Shown: in pieces, positions 8,315 through 17,996 of the stretch
Numbering within the stretch: position 1 is the stretch's first letter
Layout: each line of letters starts with the position of its first letter
NCBI GenBank assembly: GCA_012964825.1
Contig: DTTI01000058.1
Location: forward strand, 3,978 to 67,977
Length of the DNA stretch: 64,000 nucleotides
Direction of reading: 5' to 3'
DNA from: Fidelibacterota bacterium
Lineage (GTDB): Bacteria > Fidelibacterota > Marinisomatia > Marinisomatales > S15-B10
The notes under the pieces: model-generated
What the model saw: only the letters and a program-made list of their open reading frames with translations
Databases searched by the model: none
Told to the model about the DNA's origin: nothing
Position numbers and translations under genes: made by a program

Positions 8315-9449
8315 AACGGATCCTCGCTTCCGATCTTCTTCTCACCGTCCGCCTAGCCATTGATATATTCAGCAGGACCCCTACGGAGAGGAGATTCGTC
8401 AACAGGCCACTGCCGCCAAAACTTATGAACGGAATGGGGAGCCCGGTGGTGGGGACGATCCCCGTCACTACCGCCGAATTTATGAAGGCATACGTCACGA
8501 TCTGGACCGACAGACCGATGCCCAGCATGATGCCGAACACATCCGTACACCCTTTGGAAATCTTCAGCGCCCTGTGGAAAATAGCCAGGTAGAGCGTAAT
8601 GAGGACAAAAATACCGGCGAAGCCGATCTCTTCACCCATAATAGCCAGAATAAAATCAGTGTGAGGTGCCGGGAGGAAAAGGTTCTTGCCTGTACTGGCG
8701 CCCAGGCCAACGCCTATCATTCCACCATTGCCGAGGCTGATGATCGACTGCTGGAGCTGGTAACTGGCGTCGGAAAAATCGAATATCCCCTTTAAGTAGA
8801 AAATCAATCTCTTAAACCTGTATGGTTCGGCGATCATAACAGGTATAAGGATTGTCATCCCCACGCCACAGGTGGCTAGCATGTGGATCAGCCTGGCCCT
8901 GCCGATGAAAAGCATGATCATAACAATGAGACCGATCATAATTGCCGTACTGTAGTCCGGTTGAATAATGATAAGTGCCATGACAATCCCTGTCATGATG
9001 ACGGGAGGGAGGAAGCCGTTAACATAGTCACCGATTCCGTCCCGTTTTTTATCGATATATGTTGCCAGGTATATGATAGTGGCGAACCGGGCTAGGTCCG
9101 ATGTCTGAATTCGAAGCGGTCCCAGGTAGAGCCACCGGGCCGGTGAATGGTTTCCCGCTATGAGGAACATCACCTTGGTAACGATCAATAGCACAATGCT
9201 CACAATAAAGAGGAGTGCAGCGATCCGCTTCAGCAGGCGATAATCTATGAACATGGCAGCCACCATGACAGCTAGCCCCATAAAAACACGTAAAAGGTGC
9301 CGCCGGAAATAGAAGGTGCCGCTGCCGAATTTGTCCAGGGAAATGTCTGAACTGGAACTAAAGACCATTACCGCCCCAATCGCAAGAAGTATCATGGTGA
9401 TGATGAGGAGCGGTCTATCGTATTTTTCTGAGGACACCTCTATGGGCAT
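8307..9449 (-). CDS. ftsW: SEDS-family peptidoglycan polymerase FtsW
   Basis: 380-aa polytopic membrane protein at the canonical murD-ftsW-murG position, with SEDS-like C-terminal motifs (PTTGLPIPFISFGGS). Confidence 0.9.
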   Translation of the reverse strand: MPIEVSSEKYDRPLLIITMILLAIGAVMVFSSSSDISLDKFGSGTFYFRRHLLRVFMGLAVMVAAMFIDYRLLKRIAALLFIVSIVLLIVTKVMFLIAGNHSPARWLYLGPLRIQTSDLARFATIIYLATYIDKKRDGIGDYVNGFLPPVIMTGIVMALIIIQPDYSTAIMIGLIVMIMLFIGRARLIHMLATCGVGMTILIPVMIAEPYRFKRLIFYLKGIFDFSDASYQLQQSIISLGNGGMIGVGLGASTGKNLFLPAPHTDFILAIMGEEIGFAGIFVLITLYLAIFHRALKISKGCTDVFGIMLGIGLSVQIVTYAFINSAVVTGIVPTTGLPIPFISFGGSGLLTNLLSVGVLLNISMARRTVRRRSEARIRFA

Positions 9450-9450
9450 G

Positions 9451-10809
9451 TCACAACCTCATCACCTCTTCACGGAACGTGTTGCCCCGTTGTTCAAAAT
9501 TGTTAAACATGTCGAAACTGGTACAGCCGGGGGAGAGGAGAATTACATCTCCCGCTTTACTGTTCTGGTAGGCCAGGGAAACGGCGGAAGCCATTGAGTG
9601 AGCTCGTAGGAAGGGAGGGTTGTTGGAGAGGGTCTTCTCGATGCGCTCCGCCGCTTCACCCAGCGTTATTACCAGTTTTACCCCGCCCGCGAGGTAGGGG
9701 ATCAGTTCATCGAAATCAGCGCCTTTGTCACGCCCCCCGAGAATCAGAACAACGGGGGCGGTGAACGACTGCAGGGCTACCTTCACTGATTCGATGTTGG
9801 TGGCCTTGGAATCGTTATAGAAAGTGACACCATCTAGGGTCTTAAGTTTCTCCAGGCGGTGTGGAACTCCGCTAAATGTTTTCATTACCTGCTTGATGGC
9901 GTCTTTACTCACGTTCAGGATTTCAGCCGCCGTAGCCGCCGCCAGGAAATTGGCCACGTTGTGAGTGCCCGGTAGGGAGATCTCATTCAGGTAGATGAAT
10001 GGTTCACGGGATTCGTCATAAATCTTGGTTTCGTTCAGACAGAACCGGAGACCGCCTGAAGAACCTGCGCTGAACGGCGCTGGTTCAGCATCCGTTTTCA
10101 GAATCTCACAGAGAAACTGATCGTCCAGGTTGTAAACCACATGATCCTCCCCCGTCATATTTTCTACCACCCGCATTTTTGCTTCTACATAATCGTTCAT
10201 GGAACCGTATCGGTCCAAGTGGTCGGGGGAGAGGTTGAGGATCACCGCCACGTCAGGCTTGAAATGGTGGATCTGTTCCATCTGGAACGAACTTACTTCT
10301 AAGACGTGAACGGCATTTCTTGGCTCACTATCCAGATTCTCCAAAACCACTTTGGCAAAGGGGGTCCCTATGTTGCCACTCTCAAAAGTTGTGAGGCCTC
10401 CCTGGCGGCACATTTCTGCCAGAATAGATGTAGTGGTTGTTTTCCCGTTTGAACCTGTGACGGCGGTTATAGGGGTGGCAGTGAACCAGCTGGCGAGTTC
10501 AATCTCGCTCACTAATGGGATCCCGGAAGTTTTTGCCCGGTTTACCACTTCTGAATCCTGCGGTACGCCCGGAGATACCACAATGAGATCGTTCTCAGTC
10601 ACCTTTTCAGAATGACCACCCGTTTCAAACGGCACACCAATTGTTTTCAGTTCACCGACATCAATCTTTTCATTTGCTTCACTAACAAACACATTCGCGC
10701 CCAGCTTAGTCAGCAGTTTCGCCGCCGCCAGCCCACTCCGGGCTGCGCCGATGACCGCAACAGACCTGCCATTGAGATCCATGGTTTTCCTGTTGCTGAT
10801 ATCCATCAT
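9451..10809 (-). CDS. murD: UDP-N-acetylmuramoylalanine--D-glutamate ligase MurD
   Basis: Motifs: VIGAARSG and TGSNGKTTTTS. The ORF is open to 10893, but ATG 10809 forms an ATGA overlap with the mraY stop, giving 452 aa. Confidence 0.92.
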   Translation of the reverse strand: MMDISNRKTMDLNGRSVAVIGAARSGLAAAKLLTKLGANVFVSEANEKIDVGELKTIGVPFETGGHSEKVTENDLIVVSPGVPQDSEVVNRAKTSGIPLVSEIELASWFTATPITAVTGSNGKTTTTSILAEMCRQGGLTTFESGNIGTPFAKVVLENLDSEPRNAVHVLEVSSFQMEQIHHFKPDVAVILNLSPDHLDRYGSMNDYVEAKMRVVENMTGEDHVVYNLDDQFLCEILKTDAEPAPFSAGSSGGLRFCLNETKIYDESREPFIYLNEISLPGTHNVANFLAAATAAEILNVSKDAIKQVMKTFSGVPHRLEKLKTLDGVTFYNDSKATNIESVKVALQSFTAPVVLILGGRDKGADFDELIPYLAGGVKLVITLGEAAERIEKTLSNNPPFLRAHSMASAVSLAYQNSKAGDVILLSPGCTSFDMFNNFEQRGNTFREEVMRL

Positions 10810-11909
10810 CGAATCTTGAATGTACTGAATGTCATCAGAGCAAAGAGTATCCCAATTATCCAGAATCGGATAACAACCTGCGTCTCTTTCCATCCTTTCA
10901 ACTCAAAGTGATGGTGTACCGGCGCCATGAGAAAGAACCGTTTTGTCTCGCCCGTTCTACTCTTTGACCATCGGAAGTAGCCCAACTGAATCATGACTGA
11001 AATGGCCTCCCAGACAAAGACACCGCCCAGAATCACCAGGAGGAGCTCCTTTTTCAACAGGATGGCCAAGGTCCCCAGCGCCGCCCCGGTAGAGAGGGCG
11101 CCTGTGTCGCCCATAAAGACTTGCGCCGGCGGAGCATTGAACCAGAGAAAGCCGAGACAGGCACCGCCCAGCGCCGCGGCGAAAATGGTCAGTTCCCCAG
11201 CTTTAGGAAGGTATATAATGTTAAGATAGCTACTGAAATCGACTCGGCCAGAGATGTAGGAAATTGCCGCCAGGGCGAGGGCACAGATGGCCAGAAGTCC
11301 CGCCGCCAGCCCGTCCAGCCCGTCCGTGAGATTTACTGCATTGGAGCTGGCCGTCAGCACCAGTGTCACCCACGGAATGTAGAGAACGCCGAAAGGTATC
11401 TCCAGATTCTTAAAGAAAGGTACAGAGGTGACTGGGCCGATTTCCCTGAACTCTGCCCCAAAGTAGAGCCACCCGCCGATGACGAGCCCCAGGCCTATCT
11501 GTCCGGCGAATTTGTACCTTGCCACCAGCCCCTCTTTTGACTTTTGCATCGTCTTAAGATAATCGTCGAGGAATCCAAAGAGGCCCATCCAGATGGTGGC
11601 AAGCAGAATGATATGGATATAGCTGTTCAGCAGATTGGCCCAAAGGAGGGTGGGGAGAATCACTGCCACAAGGATAATGATTCCCCCCATTGTTGGCGTG
11701 CCCTTCTTTGTTTGATGTGTTTTAGGTCCTCTTTCGCCTATGGTCTCTAGCACCTGACTCGACTGGAGCTTCCGGATGATCCACGGGCCTACTACAAAAC
11801 TGATGATTAGAGCGGTGATGGCAGCCCCCGCTGCCCGGAATGTGATGTACTGAAAAATGTTTAGTACAGACAGTTGGTCCCTGAGCGGGTAGAGAATGTG
11901 GTAGAACAT
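10806..11909 (-). CDS. mraY: Phospho-N-acetylmuramoyl-pentapeptide transferase MraY
   Basis: 367-aa polytopic protein. Motifs: GTPTMGG, NAVNLTDGLDGLA and APVHHHFE. Confidence 0.95.
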   Translation of the reverse strand: MFYHILYPLRDQLSVLNIFQYITFRAAGAAITALIISFVVGPWIIRKLQSSQVLETIGERGPKTHQTKKGTPTMGGIIILVAVILPTLLWANLLNSYIHIILLATIWMGLFGFLDDYLKTMQKSKEGLVARYKFAGQIGLGLVIGGWLYFGAEFREIGPVTSVPFFKNLEIPFGVLYIPWVTLVLTASSNAVNLTDGLDGLAAGLLAICALALAAISYISGRVDFSSYLNIIYLPKAGELTIFAAALGGACLGFLWFNAPPAQVFMGDTGALSTGAALGTLAILLKKELLLVILGGVFVWEAISVMIQLGYFRWSKSRTGETKRFFLMAPVHHHFELKGWKETQVVIRFWIIGILFALMTFSTFKIR

Positions 11910-13249
11910 CAGTTTCCGAACACCTGTTTGATCACCGATTCAAGCTCCATCCCCCGGGATGCTTTGAACAGTGCCACATCGCCTTCGATCACTGTATCTT
12001 TCAACGCCTCTGCCAGTGAATCTTTATCGTCAAAATGTTCAGCCTCGATGCCGTTGGCCGCTTCGGCGGCAGCGGCCGACTCCGGTCCGTAACACATGAA
12101 CTGGTCCACACCCCTCTCTGAGGCGGCCTGCCCTACCTGGCGGTGATGATCTTTGCTGGCGACTCCCAGCTCAAGCATATCACCAAAAATGAAGTGTCTT
12201 TTTCCTGTAACGGGAATATCAAAGAGATAGTCCAGGGCAGCCAAGGTAGAAATGAGATTGGCATTGTATGTGTCGTCAATAACGATGACACCGTTCCGCT
12301 TCTCCATCCGGCATCGGCCCGCCACTGCCGAAAAGGTAGCTACCTGGTGTTGGATGTCTTCCCATGGTATCCCGAGTGTGGAAGAGGCGGCAGACGCCGC
12401 CAGCACATTCTTTGCAAAAGTCTGATTGGCAGAACCGGTAGGCAGTTTCTCACCATTAACAATAAGTGTAATAAGGCCTTTATTGTTCCGGCTCATGTCA
12501 CCGCTGAAGTTGCACTCGGGGTTAAACCCGTAAGTGACTTTCTCAGCCGGAGTGGTCAAACCTTTCAGGAGTTCATCATCGGAGTTTATAAATGCGATGC
12601 CGTTTTCCGGCAAGGCTTCAAAAAGTTCACCTTTGGTTTCCCTGACCGCCTCTACGGAGCCGAAGCTGGAGAGGTGGGCTGGGGCGATATTGGTAATTAA
12701 TCCGTGCCGAGGTAGGGACAGACTACAGAGATATCCAATATCGCCCCGGTGATTGGCTCCCATTTCAAGGAAGGATTGGGAATGGAGGGAGTCTAGCTCG
12801 AGTAAGGTGAGGGGTAACCCTAGATGGGTATTATAGTTCCCGCGAGTCCCATGCACTACGTGCCTCACAGAAAAGATGTGTATCAAAAGGTCTTTCGTTG
12901 TCGTTTTGCCGTTTGAGCCGGTGATGCCAGTAACTTCCACACTGTGTGATCTCCGCCAAGTTGTTGCCAGCTGAGAAACGGTTGCGGCTGGATCATCTAC
13001 CACGATCTGTGGAAAGTCCACACCGTCATCGCGTTCAGAAACGAGAGCAGCCGAGCATTGGGCACCAGATGCCTGGGGGAGAAACTGGTGACCGTCCACC
13101 CGCTCTCCTACCATAGCGATGAAGAGATCCCCTGGCCGTGCTTCACGGCTGTCAAGCGTGACTCCAGTGATCTTGGCTTCAGGCTGCTGGCTTGTGATCT
13201 CATAAAAAAGTTTCATGAATCTTTCCGGGTCAGGCAGATCAATTCTCAT
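11909..13249 (-). CDS. murF: UDP-MurNAc-tripeptide--D-alanyl-D-alanine ligase MurF
   Basis: Motifs: TLDSREARPGDLFIA and TGSNGKTTTKD. The start is uncertain: ATG 13249 (inside the murE 3' end) or ATG 13216. Confidence 0.9.
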   Translation of the reverse strand: MRIDLPDPERFMKLFYEITSQQPEAKITGVTLDSREARPGDLFIAMVGERVDGHQFLPQASGAQCSAALVSERDDGVDFPQIVVDDPAATVSQLATTWRRSHSVEVTGITGSNGKTTTKDLLIHIFSVRHVVHGTRGNYNTHLGLPLTLLELDSLHSQSFLEMGANHRGDIGYLCSLSLPRHGLITNIAPAHLSSFGSVEAVRETKGELFEALPENGIAFINSDDELLKGLTTPAEKVTYGFNPECNFSGDMSRNNKGLITLIVNGEKLPTGSANQTFAKNVLAASAASSTLGIPWEDIQHQVATFSAVAGRCRMEKRNGVIVIDDTYNANLISTLAALDYLFDIPVTGKRHFIFGDMLELGVASKDHHRQVGQAASERGVDQFMCYGPESAAAAEAANGIEAEHFDDKDSLAEALKDTVIEGDVALFKASRGMELESVIKQVFGN

Positions 13250-14723
13250 CTCCGGCCAGTTCCTTTACTATCTGTTTTACTGTTTCTACATCTGAATGGT
13301 GCATTCGTTCCGCCCCGGTGATCTGATAGTCTTCCCGCCCTTTGCCGACGATGACTAGGATGTCCTCGGGCTTTAGCCACGCCACAGCCTCCCGGATCGC
13401 CTCCCCACGGTCGGTGTGAAAACTGTGACTCTCTTTTTTAAACCCTCTTGCAATATCCTTATTAATAGTGTCGATAGATTCTGTTCTGGGATTGTCAGGA
13501 GCCACGTAGATCTTGTCGGCGTAAGCTTCGGCTTCGGCTGCCATGAGGGGACGTTTTTCCTGGTCCCTGTCACCGCCGCAGCCAAAAATAACGCCCAGCC
13601 TATTCCCGCGAGGTAGGAGTGTCTTGAGTGAAGAAAAAAGTTTATTGTATGCGTCCGGGGTGTGGGCATAGTCCACAATAACAATGGCGCCGTTGTGGCT
13701 CTTCATACGTTCTACACGCCCCGGGACAGTCACTAGGGACTGGACACCGGACTCTATGGCATCAACCGGTACTTCCAAAACGGTGGCCGTCGCCACTGCC
13801 GCCAGAATGTTGTGGAGGTTATAGGAGCCCATTAGGGGAGAGGAGATATGGATTGTTTCACCGCCAGTTTCAACGGTGCCTGAGATTCCGTCAATGGACA
13901 TGCCCCAGTCAGAGAATATTACATCTGCGTCCGCCTCCATGGCGTAAGTAATCACCCGGGCGTCCGTCACCTTTTCCAATTCCGCCGACTTCGGATCATC
14001 GGTGTTCAAAACGGCACATTTATCAGAGGAAAGCATGGCAAACAGCCTGCTCTTCGCCTGGAAGTAGTTGTCCATACTTTTGTGGAAATCGAGATGGTCC
14101 TGAGAAAAATTGGTAAACACCGCCATGTCAAAAGACACGTCCGCCACTCGGTCCAGCTCCAGGGCGTGAGAAGAAACTTCAATAACAGAATGAGTTAGGC
14201 CGCCGTCAACAAAAAGGGCCAGCGTACGCTGGAGGTCCAGGCTGTCCGGTGTGGTGAGACCAGTGTGCGCTTCCATTCCCGGTGCCGCCACGCCCAGGGT
14301 TCCCATCATGCCGCTCTTTATGTCCGCTGCTTTCAGAATGGAATCGATAATATATCCAGTAGTTGTTTTACCGTTGGTACCGGTAATGCCCACCGTGGTC
14401 AGTTTTTCGGAAGGGTGGCCATGTAGATTGGCGGCAATGGCTGAAAGTGCCTTTCGGACATTCTTAACCCGAACTGTGGGTGTCTTCACATTGTCAAGTA
14501 AATCGTCAGCTTTCGTTCCGCCGTTTGAAATAATGAGGGCGGCGCCGTGAGCGATAGCGTTTTGCACATAATCGAGGCCGTTGACAATGTATCCTTCCAC
14601 AGCCACAAAAGCTGAGCCGGGCCAGACGTGACGGGAGTCAGCCGTCACAGAATTGATGGGGATCTCCACCGATGACGGCTGAACCACATCGACCCCATCC
14701 AATAATGTGCGTACCGCAACCAT
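13239..14723 (-). CDS. murE: UDP-MurNAc-L-Ala-D-Glu--2,6-diaminopimelate ligase MurE
   Basis: Motifs: GITGTNGKTTT and DNPRTE. The ORF is open to 14789, but ATG 14723 overlaps the ftsI stop (TGATG), giving 494 aa. Confidence 0.92.
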   Translation of the reverse strand: MVAVRTLLDGVDVVQPSSVEIPINSVTADSRHVWPGSAFVAVEGYIVNGLDYVQNAIAHGAALIISNGGTKADDLLDNVKTPTVRVKNVRKALSAIAANLHGHPSEKLTTVGITGTNGKTTTGYIIDSILKAADIKSGMMGTLGVAAPGMEAHTGLTTPDSLDLQRTLALFVDGGLTHSVIEVSSHALELDRVADVSFDMAVFTNFSQDHLDFHKSMDNYFQAKSRLFAMLSSDKCAVLNTDDPKSAELEKVTDARVITYAMEADADVIFSDWGMSIDGISGTVETGGETIHISSPLMGSYNLHNILAAVATATVLEVPVDAIESGVQSLVTVPGRVERMKSHNGAIVIVDYAHTPDAYNKLFSSLKTLLPRGNRLGVIFGCGGDRDQEKRPLMAAEAEAYADKIYVAPDNPRTESIDTINKDIARGFKKESHSFHTDRGEAIREAVAWLKPEDILVIVGKGREDYQITGAERMHHSDVETVKQIVKELAGDEN

Positions 14724-16705
14724 CAGTTCAATCCTATGGTACAGGATGACGTCTCTTTCACCAGCAATCCTGGTGTCGGACTTTGCCACACCACGGTCCC
14801 GGAACCCTTAGGCTTAACTTTCAAACCGGCTTGTCTCAGCATGGATGTGGCATTTCTTAAGCTCCTGCCCCGGACGTCCGGCACTGCCACCCAGCCGTCT
14901 TTCGGCGTGGCGGCTGTTGTAATGAGTGTAATGGGCGTGGGAGAAGAGTCACCTTCTTTTTCAGGGGCCAGTTCATTCAACACACTTGCCATCACTCCCC
15001 TTTTTTGTTTCACAGGCTTATGGACCAGTATTGAATCGTCTGCCTGCACAATCCGCTTCATGACAGCCTGAAAGACAGGTGCGGACGTTTCACCGCCCCA
15101 ATGAAGGCCGTTCTTCGGCTCATCTAGGATAATGACCGCTACCATTTTCGGATCGTGGGCGGGGAAGAAACCTGCAAATGAGGTGATAAACCGATTGTTG
15201 GAATATCCTCCATCCACGTATTTTTTGGCCGTACCCGTTTTTCCGGCAACGTTCCAGCCGGGCAGGTTTGCTTTTGTTCCTGTCCCCTTGGAGACCACCA
15301 GCTCCAGCATATCGGTCAGTTCATCCATCACTTTCTTTGAGGCGACCCGCCTGATGACCCGAGGCTCGGTCTCATAACTGACAGTGCCCGAAGGGTGGAT
15401 AATTTTTTCAACGATCTGGGGCTTCATGAGAAAACCGCCATTAGCCACAGCGCCGTAGGCCAGTGCCAGTTGAAGGGTGGTGACAGACACCTCATAACCG
15501 ATGGAGATTTCAGCGATGGAAATACCACTCCAATCTTTTGTCTGCTTGAAGACTCCCTTCGCTTCACCAGGAAAGGAGATGCCTGAAAAAGAACCAAATC
15601 CGAACTTCCGGCCGATGGAGTAAAGGTTCTTGGGGCCGATGCGTTCAGCGATCTTCACTGTTCCCACATTGCTGGAATTCTGGATAATCTGAGGGAATGT
15701 GAGAAGACTAAACTTTTCCCAATCCTTGATGACGAGCCCGTGGAAATTGTATGAGCCATTGCCACAGTTGAATTCTTCGTGTTTGCCTACGGAGTTGTAG
15801 CTCAGGGCCGCAGTGGCGGGAACCACCTTAAATGTGGATCCCGGCTCGAACTGGTCTGTCACCGCCCGGTTGCGGTATGTCTCTCGGGGATGTGTAGCAG
15901 GGCCGTTTGGATCAAAGTCCGGCAACGATGCCATGGCGAGCACCTTCCCTGTCCGCGGTTCCAGTATAACGCCAATTGCGCCTTTGGCGTTAGTCTTTGT
16001 AACACGCTTCTGTAACTCATCCTGAAGGATGGCCTGGTACTGGAGATCAATGGTGAGATAGACATCGGAGCCGTCCACCGTCGACAAGCGGGGATAGGCG
16101 CTATTGCGCCTGCTGCGTCCCTTACCATCTCTCTGGAGAACTATCCAACCGTTCTTGCCGCTGAGGGTCTTGTCAAACTGTTTCTCTATACCCTCAATAC
16201 CCATATTATCCACATTTGTAAAGCCGATGATTTGTGAAGCGATGTTTTGGTGGGGGTATAACCGGTAGCCGTGCCTGCCCACCACAAGACCCCGATCTTC
16301 CAGTTCCAGCAGGGGCAGGGCCACTTCGGTGCGAAGGTTCCTGTCCAGGAAAACGTATGGGGCCGACTCACTGAATTTTGATTCGTAATATTTCCGGGAC
16401 CGACCGGTGGCATCAGTGAATGCACTTATGAGCTGCTCCCGGTTTTCAACTTCTTTCGGATGGATTCCGAAAGAGTAGTGAATAACATTGGTGCCCAGAT
16501 CGAGACCGCGCCTGTCTTTTATAGAACCTCTAACCGCAGAAAGCAGCACTTTGTTGCCACCTTGCTGATCACTCCGGGCGCTGAGATCATGGGCGCGGAT
16601 CACTTGAATGTAGAAGAAGCGCATGGTGAGGCCGGCCCACACCAGTATCATGACACTGGAGAGAAAGAGGATTCGAGGCCGTAACTTGGAGAATGATTTG
16701 GTCAT
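14723..16705 (-). CDS. ftsI: Division transpeptidase FtsI (class B PBP) with a C-terminal PASTA domain
   Basis: 660 aa with an N-terminal TM anchor. Active-site motifs: STFK, SSN and KTGT. The last ~55 aa (VPDVRGRSLRNATSMLRQAGLKV...VVWQSPTPG) match the PASTA pattern. Confidence 0.92.
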   Translation of the reverse strand: MTKSFSKLRPRILFLSSVMILVWAGLTMRFFYIQVIRAHDLSARSDQQGGNKVLLSAVRGSIKDRRGLDLGTNVIHYSFGIHPKEVENREQLISAFTDATGRSRKYYESKFSESAPYVFLDRNLRTEVALPLLELEDRGLVVGRHGYRLYPHQNIASQIIGFTNVDNMGIEGIEKQFDKTLSGKNGWIVLQRDGKGRSRRNSAYPRLSTVDGSDVYLTIDLQYQAILQDELQKRVTKTNAKGAIGVILEPRTGKVLAMASLPDFDPNGPATHPRETYRNRAVTDQFEPGSTFKVVPATAALSYNSVGKHEEFNCGNGSYNFHGLVIKDWEKFSLLTFPQIIQNSSNVGTVKIAERIGPKNLYSIGRKFGFGSFSGISFPGEAKGVFKQTKDWSGISIAEISIGYEVSVTTLQLALAYGAVANGGFLMKPQIVEKIIHPSGTVSYETEPRVIRRVASKKVMDELTDMLELVVSKGTGTKANLPGWNVAGKTGTAKKYVDGGYSNNRFITSFAGFFPAHDPKMVAVIILDEPKNGLHWGGETSAPVFQAVMKRIVQADDSILVHKPVKQKRGVMASVLNELAPEKEGDSSPTPITLITTAATPKDGWVAVPDVRGRSLRNATSMLRQAGLKVKPKGSGTVVWQSPTPGLLVKETSSCTIGLN

Positions 16706-17055
16706 TTCGCCCCGCTTCTATCACTGAAATCTCTTGGCTCGATAAAGACAACCAGCGTCTCCGGAACCGGCGTCACCAGGTTCAACTCCTTTTCCGCGAT
16801 AGAGGTTATCCTGTCCGCCCGCATGAGCCGGGCGATATTGCCGCCCAGACGTTTGTTGTCTTCCAGCAGCACCTCTTTCGTCTTCCTCAGTCCCGCATTG
16901 CCTTTCTCTGTGAGAATGATCTCATTGTACACCCAGAGATAGATCAGAAGCCCTGTCACAGATAACAGTGACACGGCCAGGAAGAGGATGGAGTTGATGA
17001 ATTCTTTTTGTTTGCGGGAGGTTCTGCGGCGGTGTTTCGCTCTCTGCCTTGCCAC
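16702..17055 (-). CDS. ftsL: Cell division protein FtsL
   Basis: 117 aa from GTG 17055, which overlaps the rsmH stop (TAGTG). Basic N-terminus, one TM segment (ILFLAVSLLSVTGLLIYLWV) and a coiled-coil-like tail, at the canonical position. The stop overlaps the ftsI start (ATGA). Confidence 0.65.
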   Translation of the reverse strand: MARQRAKHRRRTSRKQKEFINSILFLAVSLLSVTGLLIYLWVYNEIILTEKGNAGLRKTKEVLLEDNKRLGGNIARLMRADRITSIAEKELNLVTPVPETLVVFIEPRDFSDRSGAK

Positions 17056-17993
17056 TAGATTTTCTCCGCCGCCCGAAGCCGCGCGCTTCTGGCACGGCTG
17101 TTTTCTGAAGTTTCTTCCTCTGTGGGGCGGACCACACGACGTGTCAAAACTTTGAGGGTAGGAGTGATGCCGCACCGGCACTCCGGAAACTCTGAGGGAC
17201 AGACACACCCTTTCTCCAGCTTGCGAAAAGTCTGTTTTACCATCCTGTCTTCCAGTGAGTGATAAGAAATAATGACAATCCGGCCGCCGGTTTTCAGGTA
17301 ACCTGCGAATGCGTCCAGAAATCTTTCGAGGCACCCCAGTTCACCATTCACAGCGATGCGGAGCGCCTGGAAGACGCGGGAGAGGGTCTTGGTGACGGTA
17401 TGGTCGCTAACGACTCTCTTTATAATATGTGTCAGATCAGACGTCGTCTCTACCGGATTTGAATCCCTCACCTTTGCGATTGCATTGGAAATGGCGGAAG
17501 CGCGCCGCTCCTCGCCGGTCTCTTTGAACAGTTTTTTCAGCTCTGAAACAGGCCATCTGTTAACAATGTGCCGGGCGGTGGTGGAACCGCTTCCATCAAA
17601 GCGCATGTCCAAAGGCCCTTCCGTGCGGTAGGCAAAACCTCGGGCCGGTGTGTCCAGCTGGTAAGATGATATGCCTAGGTCTAACAGCATACCGTCCAGT
17701 TTTTGAATTTTGAGGGAGGAGAGGTGTTGAGGGAAAGTATCGTAGGGCGCTTGGAGGAGGTGACAGGAGGGCGACAGCAATTTTTCACAGTGTCTGACGG
17801 CTTCCTTATCACCATCAAACCCGACTAGGCACCCTTTGGGAGAAAGTTGACTCTGGACCGCCGACGCGTGCCCGCCGAGACCCACAGTTCCGTCCAGGTA
17901 AATACCGTCCGGCTTTACCGCGAGGTAGGAGAGAACTTCTTCTTTCAGAACCGATATATGATGTTTTTTTGCAGCGTCCCATTCTGAAGTCAC
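17055..17993 (-). CDS. rsmH: 16S rRNA (cytosine1402-N4)-methyltransferase RsmH (MraW)
   Basis: 312 aa. Motifs: HISVLKEEV, DGTVGLGGH and SYHSLEDR. Confidence 0.95.
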   Translation of the reverse strand: MTSEWDAAKKHHISVLKEEVLSYLAVKPDGIYLDGTVGLGGHASAVQSQLSPKGCLVGFDGDKEAVRHCEKLLSPSCHLLQAPYDTFPQHLSSLKIQKLDGMLLDLGISSYQLDTPARGFAYRTEGPLDMRFDGSGSTTARHIVNRWPVSELKKLFKETGEERRASAISNAIAKVRDSNPVETTSDLTHIIKRVVSDHTVTKTLSRVFQALRIAVNGELGCLERFLDAFAGYLKTGGRIVIISYHSLEDRMVKQTFRKLEKGCVCPSEFPECRCGITPTLKVLTRRVVRPTEEETSENSRARSARLRAAEKI

Positions 17994-17996
17994 AGG

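Noticed and set aside
9451-10893. N-terminally extended ORFs for murD. The same occurs for murE (to 14789), maf (to 20100), murB (to 5897), gcvT (from 61719) and the DUF4321-like ORF (from 51040).
   Set aside because: The extensions overlap the upstream gene and carry no conserved sequence. In each case a start codon coupled to the upstream stop gives the canonical protein length.
16702-17334. A 210-aa ORF suggesting a long FtsL.
   Set aside because: Its first ~93 codons lie inside rsmH in another frame and are Arg/Pro-rich junk. A GTG overlapping the rsmH stop gives a normal 117-aa bitopic FtsL.
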